Positions 10,696 through 20,934 are shown, numbered from the stretch's first letter. The stretch: DNA of 64,000 nucleotides from Candidatus Gottesmanbacteria bacterium (GCA_016186795.1 JACPKY010000002.1:218593-282592), one strand, 5' to 3'. Notes: generated by a model not told the origin, from the sequence alone. Program-made: numbers and translations.

Positions 10696-10726
10696 CTCTC
10701 AACATCCGAGGGCGGTCTGTTGAAAG
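10696..10726 (-). terminator. Hairpin downstream of the small peptide gene
   Basis: CTTTCAACA..CCG-CCCT-CGG..TGTTGAGAG stem on the minus strand, with only a weak U-tract. Confidence 0.4.
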
Positions 10727-10733
10727 GGTGATA

Positions 10734-10871
10734 TTATAAGAGCGTTGACAGTGGTACCAATGGTTGCAATGGTGTAAGTGGCTCCAAAGGTATAAGCTTC
10801 GAAAGTGGCGTAAGACCAGTAACAATAAGGACAAGCAAAATAAATAAAAGTTGAAATGTATGAGATTTCAA
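10734..10871 (-). CDS. Small 45-aa hydrophobic peptide with (X-Pro-Leu) repeats
   Basis: SD GAGGTGA lies 5 nt before TTG. Translation: MKSHTFQLLFILLVLIVTGLTPLSKLIPLEPLTPLQPLVPLSTLL. Confidence 0.6.
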   Translation of the reverse strand: MKSHTFQLLFILLVLIVTGLTPLSKLIPLEPLTPLQPLVPLSTLL

Positions 10872-10914
10872 ATGTATCACCTCATTCCTTAAGAAATATT
10901 TGTTATTTATATCC

Positions 10915-10944
10915 ACTATACAAAAAATAACGATATCGAAGCAA
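10915..10944 (-). promoter_or_regulatory. Putative sigma70 promoter of the small peptide gene
   Basis: TTGCTT-18 nt-TATAGT. Confidence 0.4.
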
Positions 10945-10973
10945 GAGAAACAATCCGTCTCATTTTCACTGAC

Positions 10974-12788
10974 TTACCCGACGATGTCGAACTGTTTGAG
11001 GCGTTCATCAGGTTCGCCAGTTGGAGCTTTGATGAGACGCGCTTGAAGAGCAACGAGTTGAGCATACAATCCAGTTTTATCTCTCATAAGCTCATGTGCT
11101 GTACCGTACTGTCCGACCGTTCCCCCGGCAATGACCAAAATGTGATCTGCGTCAGCAATCGTGGATAATCTATGGGCAATTATTATTGATGTTCGATTAT
11201 GTAATAGTTCTTTCAGCCCCTTTTGAACTTCCATCTCCGCTTTACTATCAAGTGATGATGTTGCTTCATCTAAAATTATTATCGGTGCATTTTTTAGTAT
11301 TGCACGTGCAATTGCTATACGCTGTTTTTGTCCTCCAGAGAGTTTCACTCCACGTTCTCCGATTAAACTTTTGTAACCATACGGAAGACCGCGAATAAAT
11401 TCATGCGCATTTGCCGCTTTTGCTGCCTGGATAATTTCTGTATCTTTCGCAGATAGTTTGCCGTACCTGATATTTTCTATAATTGTTCCAGAAAAAAGAA
11501 GTGATTCCTGAAATACAACCGCAATGATTTGATGAAGCGATGCCTGCGAAACATAGGATATATCCTGGCTATTGATCTGGATAGTACCACTTTGCGGCTC
11601 ATAGTACCGCAGAAGAAGATTCACGATTGTTGATTTCCCTTGGCCACTCTCACCAACAAGCGCAAGTTTTTCCTGCGGTTTTATAGAAAAGGTAATTCCC
11701 GTAAGTACTTTTTTTCTTTCTTCATAGCCAAAGCTTATATCTTCAAAGGAAATAAATGCCTTCGACAGATCAAGTTTCTTGGGTATCCGAAGAGGTTTCG
11801 CACCCGTCTTATCAACAACATCATTTCGTGTTTCAAGGATTTTGAAAAAATCCGAGGAACCCGCGCCTGCCTGCTGTATTTGTCCTAAAATAAATGACAT
11901 GGCAAAAAGAGGAAATCTTGCTTGATTGACAAGCTGAAGAAGAAGTGTCATTTCCCCAATGGTGTACCGACCGACAAATGTCCAGTACACAATATATGCA
12001 AATATGGCAAAGAGGATAAGATTGAGAAAGAGTCGACGGATAAAATCGTATAGATGCCACTCCCGGGTTTGAGAAATTGCCAGATCTTCGATTTTTCCTC
12101 GGGTTTGTAAAAATGTCTTTAGCTCATGAATTTCAGCCGCAAATGCCTTGACGACACGGATTCCAGAGATACTCTCAAAGACTCGACCCTGAGATAGATC
12201 ATTCAACTGATTTTTCTGTGCTTCGTACTTCCCCCATGCAAGTGTTGAACCATGTGAAATGAGAATATAGATTGGGAAAAGAATAGCAAGAAGAACTGCA
12301 ATAAATAGCGAATACCGTGAAAGCAGGATAATCGTGACGAAAGCAGTTAAGAAGAAGGGGAGAAAATTATTGAGCATACTTTGTATAAATTCGGTAATGC
12401 TTGTTATGCCTCGATATAGTTTATTGACGATCTTTCCAGTGATTTCATTGTCATAATAGCCAATATTCAGCCCTAAGACATGCCGATAAAATTTCTCCGA
12501 TAGATACGTTTGAAGTCGCACACTAAGTCGATCCCCAATCCACTGGGAAAATGCAGTCAAAAACGTAATTGCAATATCCGTTGCGATAATTGCAGCAAGA
12601 AGAAAGTAAAATTGGGAGAAATTCACATTCGTACCACTAATTTTGGCGACAATGATATCCACGATATCTTTGGATAGAATCGGGGCAACAAGAGAAAGAA
12701 GAGAAGTCAGAACAACAAAAAACCCCATATAGAGGTACCATTTCCATAAGTGTTTCGTAAATGAAATTATTTTAAATATTGAACCCAT
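10974..12788 (-). CDS. ABC exporter, fused permease/ATPase (MsbA/Sav1866-like)
   Basis: 6-TM N-domain, GESGQGKST, LSGGQKQR, DEATSSLD, IAHRL. Confidence 0.93.
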   Translation of the reverse strand: MGSIFKIISFTKHLWKWYLYMGFFVVLTSLLSLVAPILSKDIVDIIVAKISGTNVNFSQFYFLLAAIIATDIAITFLTAFSQWIGDRLSVRLQTYLSEKFYRHVLGLNIGYYDNEITGKIVNKLYRGITSITEFIQSMLNNFLPFFLTAFVTIILLSRYSLFIAVLLAILFPIYILISHGSTLAWGKYEAQKNQLNDLSQGRVFESISGIRVVKAFAAEIHELKTFLQTRGKIEDLAISQTREWHLYDFIRRLFLNLILFAIFAYIVYWTFVGRYTIGEMTLLLQLVNQARFPLFAMSFILGQIQQAGAGSSDFFKILETRNDVVDKTGAKPLRIPKKLDLSKAFISFEDISFGYEERKKVLTGITFSIKPQEKLALVGESGQGKSTIVNLLLRYYEPQSGTIQINSQDISYVSQASLHQIIAVVFQESLLFSGTIIENIRYGKLSAKDTEIIQAAKAANAHEFIRGLPYGYKSLIGERGVKLSGGQKQRIAIARAILKNAPIIILDEATSSLDSKAEMEVQKGLKELLHNRTSIIIAHRLSTIADADHILVIAGGTVGQYGTAHELMRDKTGLYAQLVALQARLIKAPTGEPDERLKQFDIVG

Positions 12789-12860
12789 AAACACCTTGTA
12801 TTATAGCCTATTAGAACTCGTTGCTCGACAGAGGAAAAAATCTTTGTTACCATACGGTCA

Positions 12861-13130
12861 ATGTTGACGCAAATAATTGTTGGGGAGACATATCGTGACG
12901 TGAAATACCACGGGCAAGTGAAGTATTTTATCTTTGAATGTAATGAGTGCCACAAACGTTTTGAGCGACTTGAAAGTTATTTCTCAAAACAGCTGAAGAA
13001 GCGTTCCAATGCATGCTGTTTTTGTTCCCCGCTTTGTCGTGCCCGATTTATTAATACTCAAGTGAAAGTCACGCACGTTCCCCCAAAGACGAATTTTTTC
13101 AAAACGGTTCTTGAAGAATTACTCCGTTAA
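12861..13130 (+). CDS. Small zinc-finger protein (treble-clef/TRASH-like)
   Basis: CNEC...CCFCSPLC. TACCAT lies 7 nt upstream of the ATG. Confidence 0.65.
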   Translation: MLTQIIVGETYRDVKYHGQVKYFIFECNECHKRFERLESYFSKQLKKRSNACCFCSPLCRARFINTQVKVTHVPPKTNFFKTVLEELLR

Positions 13131-13837
13131 TCGGAAAGATGTTTTTTGTGGAAGGTCTTTTCAATTGATTCAAAATCAACTGATTCAGCCGTTGCAGCTT
13201 TTTTCTCTTTCAAATGTTTTACATACTCTGCACCAACGGGTACAAGTGAGAGCGCAACTATTATTATGACAGTGTAGTGAAAATTCTCTCTAACGAATGA
13301 AATATTCCCAAACAGATAACCTCCAAGCGTAAAAAGAAGCACCCACGCTACTGCCCCAATGAGGTTATAGCTTAAGAATTGTCCGTAGTGCATTCGTCCA
13401 ACCCCTGCAACAAACGGGGCAAACGTACGGATAATTGGGATAAAACGGGCGAGGATAATGGTTTTCCCACCATGTTTTGAGTAAAATTTCCTCGTTTTTT
13501 CCAAATATTCCGGTTTGAAGATTTTTGAATTTTTCTTATTAAAAACTTTTGGACCAAAGAAATGACCAATCCAGTAATTGACAGTATCTCCCAGAATAGC
13601 TGCTAGAATAAGGAAAATCAAAAGCGTTTGAATGTGTAGTATTCCTGCACCCGACAGCGTACCGGCAACAAAAAGGAGCGAATCTCCCGGTAGAAAAGGA
13701 GTCACAACAAACCCAGTTTCCAAAAAAATGATCAGGAAAAGCAGTCCATACGCGAATATGCCATATTGGGTAACTATATTTGCAAGATGTGTATCAAGAT
13801 GAAGAAAAAGATCAAGTGCGGCTTTGAAAAGTTCCAT
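13127..13837 (-). CDS. dedA: DedA family membrane protein
   Basis: FLETG..PFLPGDSLL, RFIPIIRTFAP. Confidence 0.93.
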   Translation of the reverse strand: MELFKAALDLFLHLDTHLANIVTQYGIFAYGLLFLIIFLETGFVVTPFLPGDSLLFVAGTLSGAGILHIQTLLIFLILAAILGDTVNYWIGHFFGPKVFNKKNSKIFKPEYLEKTRKFYSKHGGKTIILARFIPIIRTFAPFVAGVGRMHYGQFLSYNLIGAVAWVLLFTLGGYLFGNISFVRENFHYTVIIIVALSLVPVGAEYVKHLKEKKAATAESVDFESIEKTFHKKHLSD

Positions 13838-13869
13838 TTTGCTATTATACAATAAACGAAGACCGTGAC

Positions 13870-15687
13870 TTATGACTCCCGTTTGGCTCGTTTGCGATCA
13901 ACTCGTTTGAGATAATATTTTCGCAGGCGAAGAGACTTCGGAGTTATTTCCAAAAGTTCATCATCTTCAATAAAATCGAGACACTGCTCAAGAGTTAATC
14001 GCAAAGGAGGATCAAGTTGAATTGCTGCATCGGAATTTTCCGTATGCATATTGGTCAATTTTTTTGTTTTGCATACATTAATATCCATATCGTCAAACCT
14101 ATTATTAAGCCCAATGATCATCCCTTCGTATACTGATTCTCCAGGAGCGATGAACGTAACACCGCGTGCTTCAACAGTCTGAAGAGCATAGGCGGATGCG
14201 ATACCTTTCTCAAATGCGATAAGTGCTCCTCCACGAAGTTTTGGGATGTACTCTTCAACTTTTCGATAGCCGATAAATCGTGTTGCAAACAATCCATTCC
14301 CCGAAGTTTTTGCAAGTAATAAACTACGCAGTCCCATGAGATTGCGGCTGGATATGGTAAAGTGAAACCGGGTAGAAAGTGCATTGGTTGCTTTCATATC
14401 CAGAAGTGATCCTCGTCTGCGGCCAATTTCTTCAACAACCGTCCCTATAAATTCTTGGCTAACTTCAATTGTGACCTCCTCAAACGGCTCAAGCGTTTCA
14501 CCGTTTTCGCTTCGGAAAATTATTTTTGGTTTCCCAACCTGCATCTCATAACCTTCCCTGCGGAGAGTTTCTAATAGGATAGAAAGATGTAATTCTCCTC
14601 TTCCAGAAATATCAAATCCGGAGGTGGAACTGGTAGAAAGTTTTAGTCCTATATTTGTTTTCATTTCCGCGTTGAGTCTCTGCTCAAGTTGACTGGAAGT
14701 GGAAAATTTACCCTCGAGACCGGCAAGAGGTGATGAGTTGGCACTGACGGTAATTTTTAGTGTCGGTTCGCCAAGTTTAATTGTGGGAAATCCTGTTGGA
14801 TCAATTGGATCTGTCAAAGTTTGGCCAATGGTAACATCGGGAATTCCAGTCACGGCAATAATATCGCCGGTTTGCGATTTCGGAATTTCTACTTTCGTAA
14901 GGCCCACGCTTGTAAAAACATGGGCAATTTTGTATGTTCCAATCGCTTTGTCATGTGACAAAAGAAGTACGTTATCACCAGATTTTACGATTCCCTGAGA
15001 AACTTTCCCAATTGCGTACGTTCCCTTGTAACTATCAAAATCAAGGGTCGAGACAAGCATTTTAAACGGCTTTTCAGAAAGCGCTTTCGGCTTTGGAATA
15101 CTTTCTAGAATTTTTTCAAATAATGGGCAGAGATCTGCCGGTTCACGTATATCTTTTGGATACCGATCCCATGCTTTTCCTTCTCTGCCAATTGCGTATA
15201 CCACGGAATAGTTAAGATGCGAATCATCTGTTGCCACGCGAAGAATAAGTTCTTCGACATCTTTCAGAACTACTGGTGGTCTCGCATCTTTCCGATCGAT
15301 TTTATTCACTACAACGATTAGTGGGAGGTTATTTTCGAGTGCTTTTTCCAACACAAATTGAGTCTGTGCCAAAGGACCTTCAGCACTATCAACAATCAGA
15401 AGTGCTCCATCGGCCATATTAATTACCCGTTCAACTTCACCGCTGAAATCTGCATGCCCAGGAGTATCAATGATGTTGATTTTTGTATTTTTGTAGACAA
15501 TTGCCGTATTTTTGGCAAGGATGGTGATACCCTTTTCTCGTTCAAGTTCGTTTCGATCAAGAATAGTCGTTTGAGCCATCTCAGCCTGATTATCGCGAAA
15601 TGTATGGGTCTGTTTGAGCATTCCGTCGACAAGCGTTGTTTTGCCATGATCGACATGGGCGATGATTGCAATGTTTCGTATTTCCAT
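13870..15687 (-). CDS. typA: Translational GTPase TypA/BipA
   Basis: [39 protein letters not shown]. Confidence 0.97.
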   Translation of the reverse strand: MEIRNIAIIAHVDHGKTTLVDGMLKQTHTFRDNQAEMAQTTILDRNELEREKGITILAKNTAIVYKNTKINIIDTPGHADFSGEVERVINMADGALLIVDSAEGPLAQTQFVLEKALENNLPLIVVVNKIDRKDARPPVVLKDVEELILRVATDDSHLNYSVVYAIGREGKAWDRYPKDIREPADLCPLFEKILESIPKPKALSEKPFKMLVSTLDFDSYKGTYAIGKVSQGIVKSGDNVLLLSHDKAIGTYKIAHVFTSVGLTKVEIPKSQTGDIIAVTGIPDVTIGQTLTDPIDPTGFPTIKLGEPTLKITVSANSSPLAGLEGKFSTSSQLEQRLNAEMKTNIGLKLSTSSTSGFDISGRGELHLSILLETLRREGYEMQVGKPKIIFRSENGETLEPFEEVTIEVSQEFIGTVVEEIGRRRGSLLDMKATNALSTRFHFTISSRNLMGLRSLLLAKTSGNGLFATRFIGYRKVEEYIPKLRGGALIAFEKGIASAYALQTVEARGVTFIAPGESVYEGMIIGLNNRFDDMDINVCKTKKLTNMHTENSDAAIQLDPPLRLTLEQCLDFIEDDELLEITPKSLRLRKYYLKRVDRKRAKRES

Positions 15688-15724
15688 AAAAAAAGAAATG
15701 ACCCGCTCAATCGTCCAAGCGGGT
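15688..15724 (-). terminator. Intrinsic-terminator-like hairpin directly before the typA ATG
   Basis: ACCCGCTTGG-ACGA-TTGAGCGGGT followed by CATTTCTTTTTTT-ATG. Confidence 0.55.
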
Positions 15725-15835
15725 TTGCTGGCAGACTAGTAGACTACATGAATAAGGGGTGTATTATATCATTTTTACACTTACAGGAGAATATCCAAAA
15801 TTGAGTAGATACAAAAGGAAGTGAATTGTTTTAAT

Positions 15836-16069
15836 TTATTGACTAATAATTTTATCACGGATAAATTGTCGAAAACCATTCTTTAACGCTTGAGATAGGT
15901 CATAGGAAGTATATGACATAGTTGGTGGCACCTGGTTTGAAGGAAAATAGTCAGACGTTGATGAAGGAGTCGGACTGTTCGTAACTCGCCTCTCTCCAGA
16001 TGCAACACCTGTTAACAAACTTGCAGCAATGCCGAAACTTATTATTGATGGGTAAACTGTTTTTTTCAT
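15836..16069 (-). CDS. Small hypothetical exported protein
   Basis: MKK plus a hydrophobic signal-like segment, then a Ser/Thr/Pro-rich body. Confidence 0.5.
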   Translation of the reverse strand: MKKTVYPSIISFGIAASLLTGVASGERRVTNSPTPSSTSDYFPSNQVPPTMSYTSYDLSQALKNGFRQFIRDKIISQ

Positions 16070-16080
16070 ACTAAAGAACC

Positions 16081-16101
16081 AAAAAACCGCCACTTTGGCA
16101 G
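16081..16101 (-). terminator. Rho-independent terminator-like hairpin
   Basis: CTGCCA-AAG-TGGCGG-TTTTTT. Confidence 0.55.
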
Positions 16102-16154
16102 GGTTAATTAGATTATAAAATCAAAAAATGGGGAAACAAGATACACCAAGTAGA

Positions 16155-17294
16155 TCAAAGATGTTCAGAGTGTATAAATCTTCTTCGCCAGAGGAATTTT
16201 TTCCCAATGTCGAGAAAAATAGAAAAAATAATTAGTATTCCTGTCACGAAAACCAAATTCTTCATAAAAATTGGTACTGTGCAAACCGCAGAACACGAAA
16301 GTTGAAGCTGTGACAATAAGGGCTGATGAAGAAGATACATTTCGTACGAATAAACGCCAATAAGATTTACAAGTATAAAGGGACCACTATACAGTATCGG
16401 AAGAAAATTTTTGTTCATAGTTTGCAGCGAAAAGTTCTTGGGAAAAAGAGGCAGAATGATATTCATCAAAAGAATAAATCCAATTGGAAGAAGAATAAGA
16501 AGATGCTGCTCCCGTATCAGTTGGGATGAGGATTCATACGCATAAATACTGCTTACTACGTAAAACGCAGTAAAGAGCGTAAAGAGAAGGATAGTAAGAA
16601 GCAACCGAAATCGAATATCGTGCACTTTAAGGATTCTGAGTACATCACTTTGAACCATCGCTAAAAACATTCCAGACAAGAAGATATCAATGTTTGATAG
16701 TACCGATGAGTACATATACTCATACGAAACGTGTGGTTGTATTTGCCACTTGAGTACAGAACCAATAAGAAGGGGAATAAGAAGAAAAAGAAGGCGAATT
16801 TTCTTTTTTTGTTTCTTTGCAATTTTTATGATGAAAAATCCAAGTGGAGTAAGAAGGTATAACTGCATGAGTGTTGAGATAAACCATAAATAACTGCTGG
16901 AATAAAGATGTACCTGGGGAGTTGCGGTGAATGTAAGTAAATGGAAAAGATCGGCAAGTCGTGAAGTGATAGATGACGAAGTTTGCAAAAAAAGGTATGA
17001 AACAATCAAAAAGTAGAGTGGTACAATTCTTCTTACTCTTTTCCAATAAAAAAGTAAAACCCCGTTTTTGGTGAGCGTGTATCTGCCATCAAGGTACCCT
17101 TTTGCCAAAACAAATCCCGAGAGAAAGAAAAATGATCGAATTGCAACGTGCCCAATTGCGGTAAGAAGGTAACCAGTAAGAGAAGTTATTACCGGTGCCG
17201 GTATTGGCAAATGAATAATAAGGATGATAAGAAGTGAGATGCCACGGATAAGCGTTACTGCATCATAGGAAAAAATTTGAAACCGTAGGTTCAT
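16155..17294 (-). CDS. Acyltransferase family 3 (OafA-like O-acyltransferase)
   Basis: RGIS..H, FFFLSGFV, KRVRRIVPLY, LWFISTLMQLY, YSYEMYLLH. Confidence 0.87.
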   Translation of the reverse strand: MNLRFQIFSYDAVTLIRGISLLIILIIHLPIPAPVITSLTGYLLTAIGHVAIRSFFFLSGFVLAKGYLDGRYTLTKNGVLLFYWKRVRRIVPLYFLIVSYLFLQTSSSITSRLADLFHLLTFTATPQVHLYSSSYLWFISTLMQLYLLTPLGFFIIKIAKKQKKKIRLLFLLIPLLIGSVLKWQIQPHVSYEYMYSSVLSNIDIFLSGMFLAMVQSDVLRILKVHDIRFRLLLTILLFTLFTAFYVVSSIYAYESSSQLIREQHLLILLPIGFILLMNIILPLFPKNFSLQTMNKNFLPILYSGPFILVNLIGVYSYEMYLLHQPLLSQLQLSCSAVCTVPIFMKNLVFVTGILIIFSIFLDIGKKFLWRRRFIHSEHL

Positions 17295-17399
17295 CGATCA
17301 AGGAAAAACATAACACTTTGATAAATTGTCTTTAAATTATATTATACCGTGATAAGAATCACATAGAAACTTGACCTGTAAGAGTACAATGTAGCAATC

Positions 17400-18896
17400 A
17401 TGATCAACAAATTAATCAGTGTATTTTCAGGGTCCAATAAAGTATCTATTTCTCCTCGGCCATATATCAACCATTCTGTAGAATTTAAAAAATCCAATAC
17501 ACCGGAAGAACGAATGAAGACGTTAGAAAAAGTCGGTCTCAATGTATTTTTCTTTCCATCGGAAATGATTACTGGTTGTGATTTTCTTTCCGATTCAGGA
17601 ACAACCACGATGACAAATGAGCAGTGGGCAGCACTTCATTTAGGTGATGAGGCTTACGGTTCAAATCGCGGGTATTTTCGATTACGAGAGCAGATACTAA
17701 AAACTTTTGGGAATGACTTTTTTAATCCTCCGGAAAAGGGGAAGCCAAACGCCTTTCTTTTTCATCAAGGCCGTGCTTGCGAAAATGCCCTCTTCTCCAT
17801 AATTGGTCAAATGGGCACCAATTTGATAATTCCAAGTAATGGTCACTTTGACACAACACAGGCAAACATTGAAGCCAATCATATCACTCCAATAAACCTT
17901 TTTTCCCTGGAATTTAAAAATGGAGACGAAAAATTCCGATTTAAAGGCAATATGGATATTCTCGCTTTAAAAAAATTGATAAAGGAAAAGTATAACAGTA
18001 TCCCGATTCTTTACCTGACAATCACCAATAATACGGGCGGAGGTCAACCTGTTTCTTTAGCCAATATAAGGGAGGTGTCGGAAATTGCCCATCACGCGAA
18101 GATTCCTTTGTTTTTTGATGCCTGCCGTTTTGCGGAGAATGCTTGGTTTATCCGAAAGTACGAAAAAGGATACAGTCAAAAAAGCATCAGGGCAATCGTT
18201 CTAGAAATGTTTTCCTATATTGATGGATTTACCATAAGTTTCAAGAAAGACGGTTTGGTAAACATGGGTGGGGGTCTTTTTATAAAAAATACTGGACTTT
18301 TTACGAAAAAATATCCGCATCTTATCGATGCCATAATGAATTTTCAAATCAGAACGGAAGGTCACCCCTCCTATGGTGGCCTGTCAGGAAGAGATATTAT
18401 GACATTGACGGTAGGATTAAAAACAGTAATGACTGATGAGTATCTTAATTACCGAATCAATCAGGTTATAACTTTTGGCGAGGAAATGAAAAATGCAGGA
18501 TTACCTGTCCAAATGCCTATTGGTGGGCATGCGGTTTATCTGAATGTCAATAAATTTTATGCGGGGACAAAAATGCGAGGGGAAGATTTCGGAGGCATCT
18601 CTTTGACTGCACTTTTATTGGGTTTATACGGGCACCGAGCATGTGAATTGGGATATTTTGCTTTCGGCAAATATAATCCAAACACCAGAAAAGAAATTCA
18701 TCCGGAAGTTAATTTTGTCAGATTTGCTGTTCCCCGCCTTCGGTATGAGAGGCAAGATTTATCTGCTGCGATAGTTGCGGTAAAAGCTCTTCATGATAAG
18801 CGGGATAAAATTCCTCCAGTGAAAGTGGTATACGGTCGGGATTTACCGCTGCGTCACTTCAAAGCCAGATTTCAATTCTTGCCAAAATTCCATTAG
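17400..18896 (+). CDS. tnaA: Tryptophanase (PLP beta-eliminating lyase)
   Basis: DFLSDSGT, GDEAY, HQGRACE, DACRFAEN, SFKKD (PLP Lys). FDTT and LRHF favour tryptophanase over tyrosine phenol-lyase. Confidence 0.85.
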   Translation: MINKLISVFSGSNKVSISPRPYINHSVEFKKSNTPEERMKTLEKVGLNVFFFPSEMITGCDFLSDSGTTTMTNEQWAALHLGDEAYGSNRGYFRLREQILKTFGNDFFNPPEKGKPNAFLFHQGRACENALFSIIGQMGTNLIIPSNGHFDTTQANIEANHITPINLFSLEFKNGDEKFRFKGNMDILALKKLIKEKYNSIPILYLTITNNTGGGQPVSLANIREVSEIAHHAKIPLFFDACRFAENAWFIRKYEKGYSQKSIRAIVLEMFSYIDGFTISFKKDGLVNMGGGLFIKNTGLFTKKYPHLIDAIMNFQIRTEGHPSYGGLSGRDIMTLTVGLKTVMTDEYLNYRINQVITFGEEMKNAGLPVQMPIGGHAVYLNVNKFYAGTKMRGEDFGGISLTALLLGLYGHRACELGYFAFGKYNPNTRKEIHPEVNFVRFAVPRLRYERQDLSAAIVAVKALHDKRDKIPPVKVVYGRDLPLRHFKARFQFLPKFH

Positions 18897-18970
18897 TACC
18901 CCCAAGGGGATTCGAACCCCTGATTTACTGGCTGAAAACCAGTCGTCCTGGACCGCTAGACGATGGGGGC
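18897..18970 (-). tRNA. tRNA-Glu(TTC)
   Basis: GCCCCCA/TGGGGGT acceptor stem, ACTGG-TTTTCAG-CCAGT anticodon arm, AGGGG-TTCGAAT-CCCCT T arm. CCA not encoded. Confidence 0.95.
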
Positions 18971-18971
18971 T

Positions 18972-19673
18972 TCATTTCTTTCGGCGTTTGTCATTTTTTT
19001 TCAAAGATTCTTTTTCTTCTATTTTTCCGCGGATGAGTGAGAGAATTCCTTTCGCTTCATCAATACCGCCAAGGCCAAATGCGAGACCGAAAGAAATAGA
19101 AAGCATTGCAACAATCCCAGTAAATAATATTTTAATAAGATCGGCAGCAACACCAAGTTGAGTCAACACAATGAGTGTAGTAAAAAATATTATGGCGTAA
19201 CGAGCGAGTGTCGCAAGAAGCAGCGACTCCTTCCCTGCTACTCCCCCTACACCATGTCGTACAATATCATACGCAAAGCGAGCAGCAACAAGACCAATCC
19301 ACCCAATAACAACAGCGACAAATACACTTGGCAGAAATTGAAGAAGTTGACTCAGCACCTCCCCTACTCTTGGTATCCCCCAAATATCGACAGCAGATAT
19401 GAGGAAAATAAATATTACTGTCCAACGAAGTAGTTCTGCTAAAAGTTTTGGCCAAACATTGACTTTCTCTTCTTGAGTGAGACCCGCGGCCGTCAACCAC
19501 TTTCCTACCCGAAAATACCGAAAGATTAGGAGAAGTAGATCCTTCAGAAGTGAGGAAACGATGAGCCCAATCAAAAGAACTAAAATTCCGGCAAAAAATT
19601 TAACCGCAAATGTTGATAGGACAAATACGATTGAATTATACAGTGATGATATTCCACTTGAGAGAATGTTCAT
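18972..19673 (-). CDS. Conserved TM-helix / MscS N-terminal-like (CmpX-like) membrane protein
   Basis: Repeated TM helices, LTQLGVA, FGLAFGLGG. No MscS beta domain. Confidence 0.78.
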   Translation of the reverse strand: MNILSSGISSLYNSIVFVLSTFAVKFFAGILVLLIGLIVSSLLKDLLLLIFRYFRVGKWLTAAGLTQEEKVNVWPKLLAELLRWTVIFIFLISAVDIWGIPRVGEVLSQLLQFLPSVFVAVVIGWIGLVAARFAYDIVRHGVGGVAGKESLLLATLARYAIIFFTTLIVLTQLGVAADLIKILFTGIVAMLSISFGLAFGLGGIDEAKGILSLIRGKIEEKESLKKNDKRRKK

Positions 19674-20554
19674 AGCCGAATATTCCGACCTTGCCTTTGA
19701 GCAAACGCATAAAGGTCAGCTAGCCTATATTGTAGTTGATTTGCTCCAAATCGTAAAGAGAGCCCGGCAACAGCATGCCCTGCTATAGCTGCCTGTTTGG
19801 CACTGCGAAATTTCGCATACGTATGGGCAAATGCTGCGGCGAAAATATCTCCTGAACCAGTTGAGTCAACAATCTCCTCTACCGTAAATGCTGGTACATG
19901 TGTACGTATACCGTTTTGGAAAAACATGCAGCCTTGCCCAGCTTTGGTCACAACGACGAGTGGTCCAACTAAACTCCACGAAAGAGCACGTGACAATGCA
20001 GTTGGAGAGTCGCGCTCGGATAAAATAACAACGTCAAACATTCGCAGGATTTTTTCCTCATCTTGCAACTCCCCATGCGAAATTGACTGATCAGTCAATA
20101 CTTTCCGATACATGCCTTGTGGAAGGAGAACCCGGAGAGATTTTTTACCAGATGTGATAGTTTGCAATGTATGAAAAGGAATCCTGGGGAGAAGGGGTGC
20201 CACAATAAGAATATCTCTATTGCGTAAACGCGTGTCGTTGACGTAAGTTTGATAAAAGTTCGAAACGTCCGAAACATGCTCGACAAATTGTCTCCGTTCT
20301 CCATCCCTTTCGAGTATATTTTTGAATACGAGAGTTTTTTTGAAGGCCGGGGTTTGCGGAATCCACTGTGCACCGGTAAGAGTAGTTTCTTTTGGAAAAT
20401 CTTCTCCGTATGGCGCAATCAGTGTGACCTGATCACCAAGATTGAGGAATGTTTTCCCTCCAAAGTACACGGGTCCCCCTGGCCCAACGTAGGTACCTGT
20501 TTCAATTCGGTTCTGATCAATTGTCACATCCCCAACAATCAAAACATCATTCAT
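19670..20554 (-). CDS. PfkB family carbohydrate/nucleoside kinase
   Basis: VGDVTID, GPGGP, VDSTGSGDIFAAAF. Confidence 0.88.
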   Translation of the reverse strand: MNDVLIVGDVTIDQNRIETGTYVGPGGPVYFGGKTFLNLGDQVTLIAPYGEDFPKETTLTGAQWIPQTPAFKKTLVFKNILERDGERRQFVEHVSDVSNFYQTYVNDTRLRNRDILIVAPLLPRIPFHTLQTITSGKKSLRVLLPQGMYRKVLTDQSISHGELQDEEKILRMFDVVILSERDSPTALSRALSWSLVGPLVVVTKAGQGCMFFQNGIRTHVPAFTVEEIVDSTGSGDIFAAAFAHTYAKFRSAKQAAIAGHAVAGLSLRFGANQLQYRLADLYAFAQRQGRNIRL

Positions 20555-20568
20555 ACGGGGCACCACGA

Positions 20569-20934
20569 TCAAAGCGTAATATTTTTGTATACCGCGATTT
20601 GCGGTGATAGTACGTTTGTGAAACAGATGGTGACGACATCGATCCGTAAGGAATCAGGAAGATTTTTATGCGTAAGTTTATAGACGTGGGCCGAACGGAT
20701 AAGAGTTCTCCGCTTGGTCGCGGTAATTGCGTCTTCAGCTCTTCCAAAATGTTCGCTTTTTCGAGTTTTCACCTCGATAAAAACTAAACTGCCCCCATCG
20801 AGAGCGACAAGGTCAATTTCGCCGCCACGAAACCGGAAGTTCTGATCGATAATTTTGTAGCCTAATGAAGTAAGATAGGAGATGGCAATTTTTTCGCCGG
20901 ATTTACCAAGTGATATATTAGGCAGATCCACCAT
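20569..20934 (-). CDS. yraN: YraN family endonuclease-fold protein (UPF0102)
   Basis: [26 protein letters not shown]. Confidence 0.92.
   Translation of the reverse strand: MVDLPNISLGKSGEKIAISYLTSLGYKIIDQNFRFRGGEIDLVALDGGSLVFIEVKTRKSEHFGRAEDAITATKRRTLIRSAHVYKLTHKNLPDSLRIDVVTICFTNVLSPQIAVYKNITL

Noticed and set aside
17400-18896. Tyrosine phenol-lyase
   Set aside because: It has FDTT and LRHF and lacks the TPL Arg, which is the tryptophanase pattern.
15790-18900. att-bounded island at tRNA-Glu
   Set aside because: No duplicate of the tRNA 3' end was found by eye and there is no integrase.
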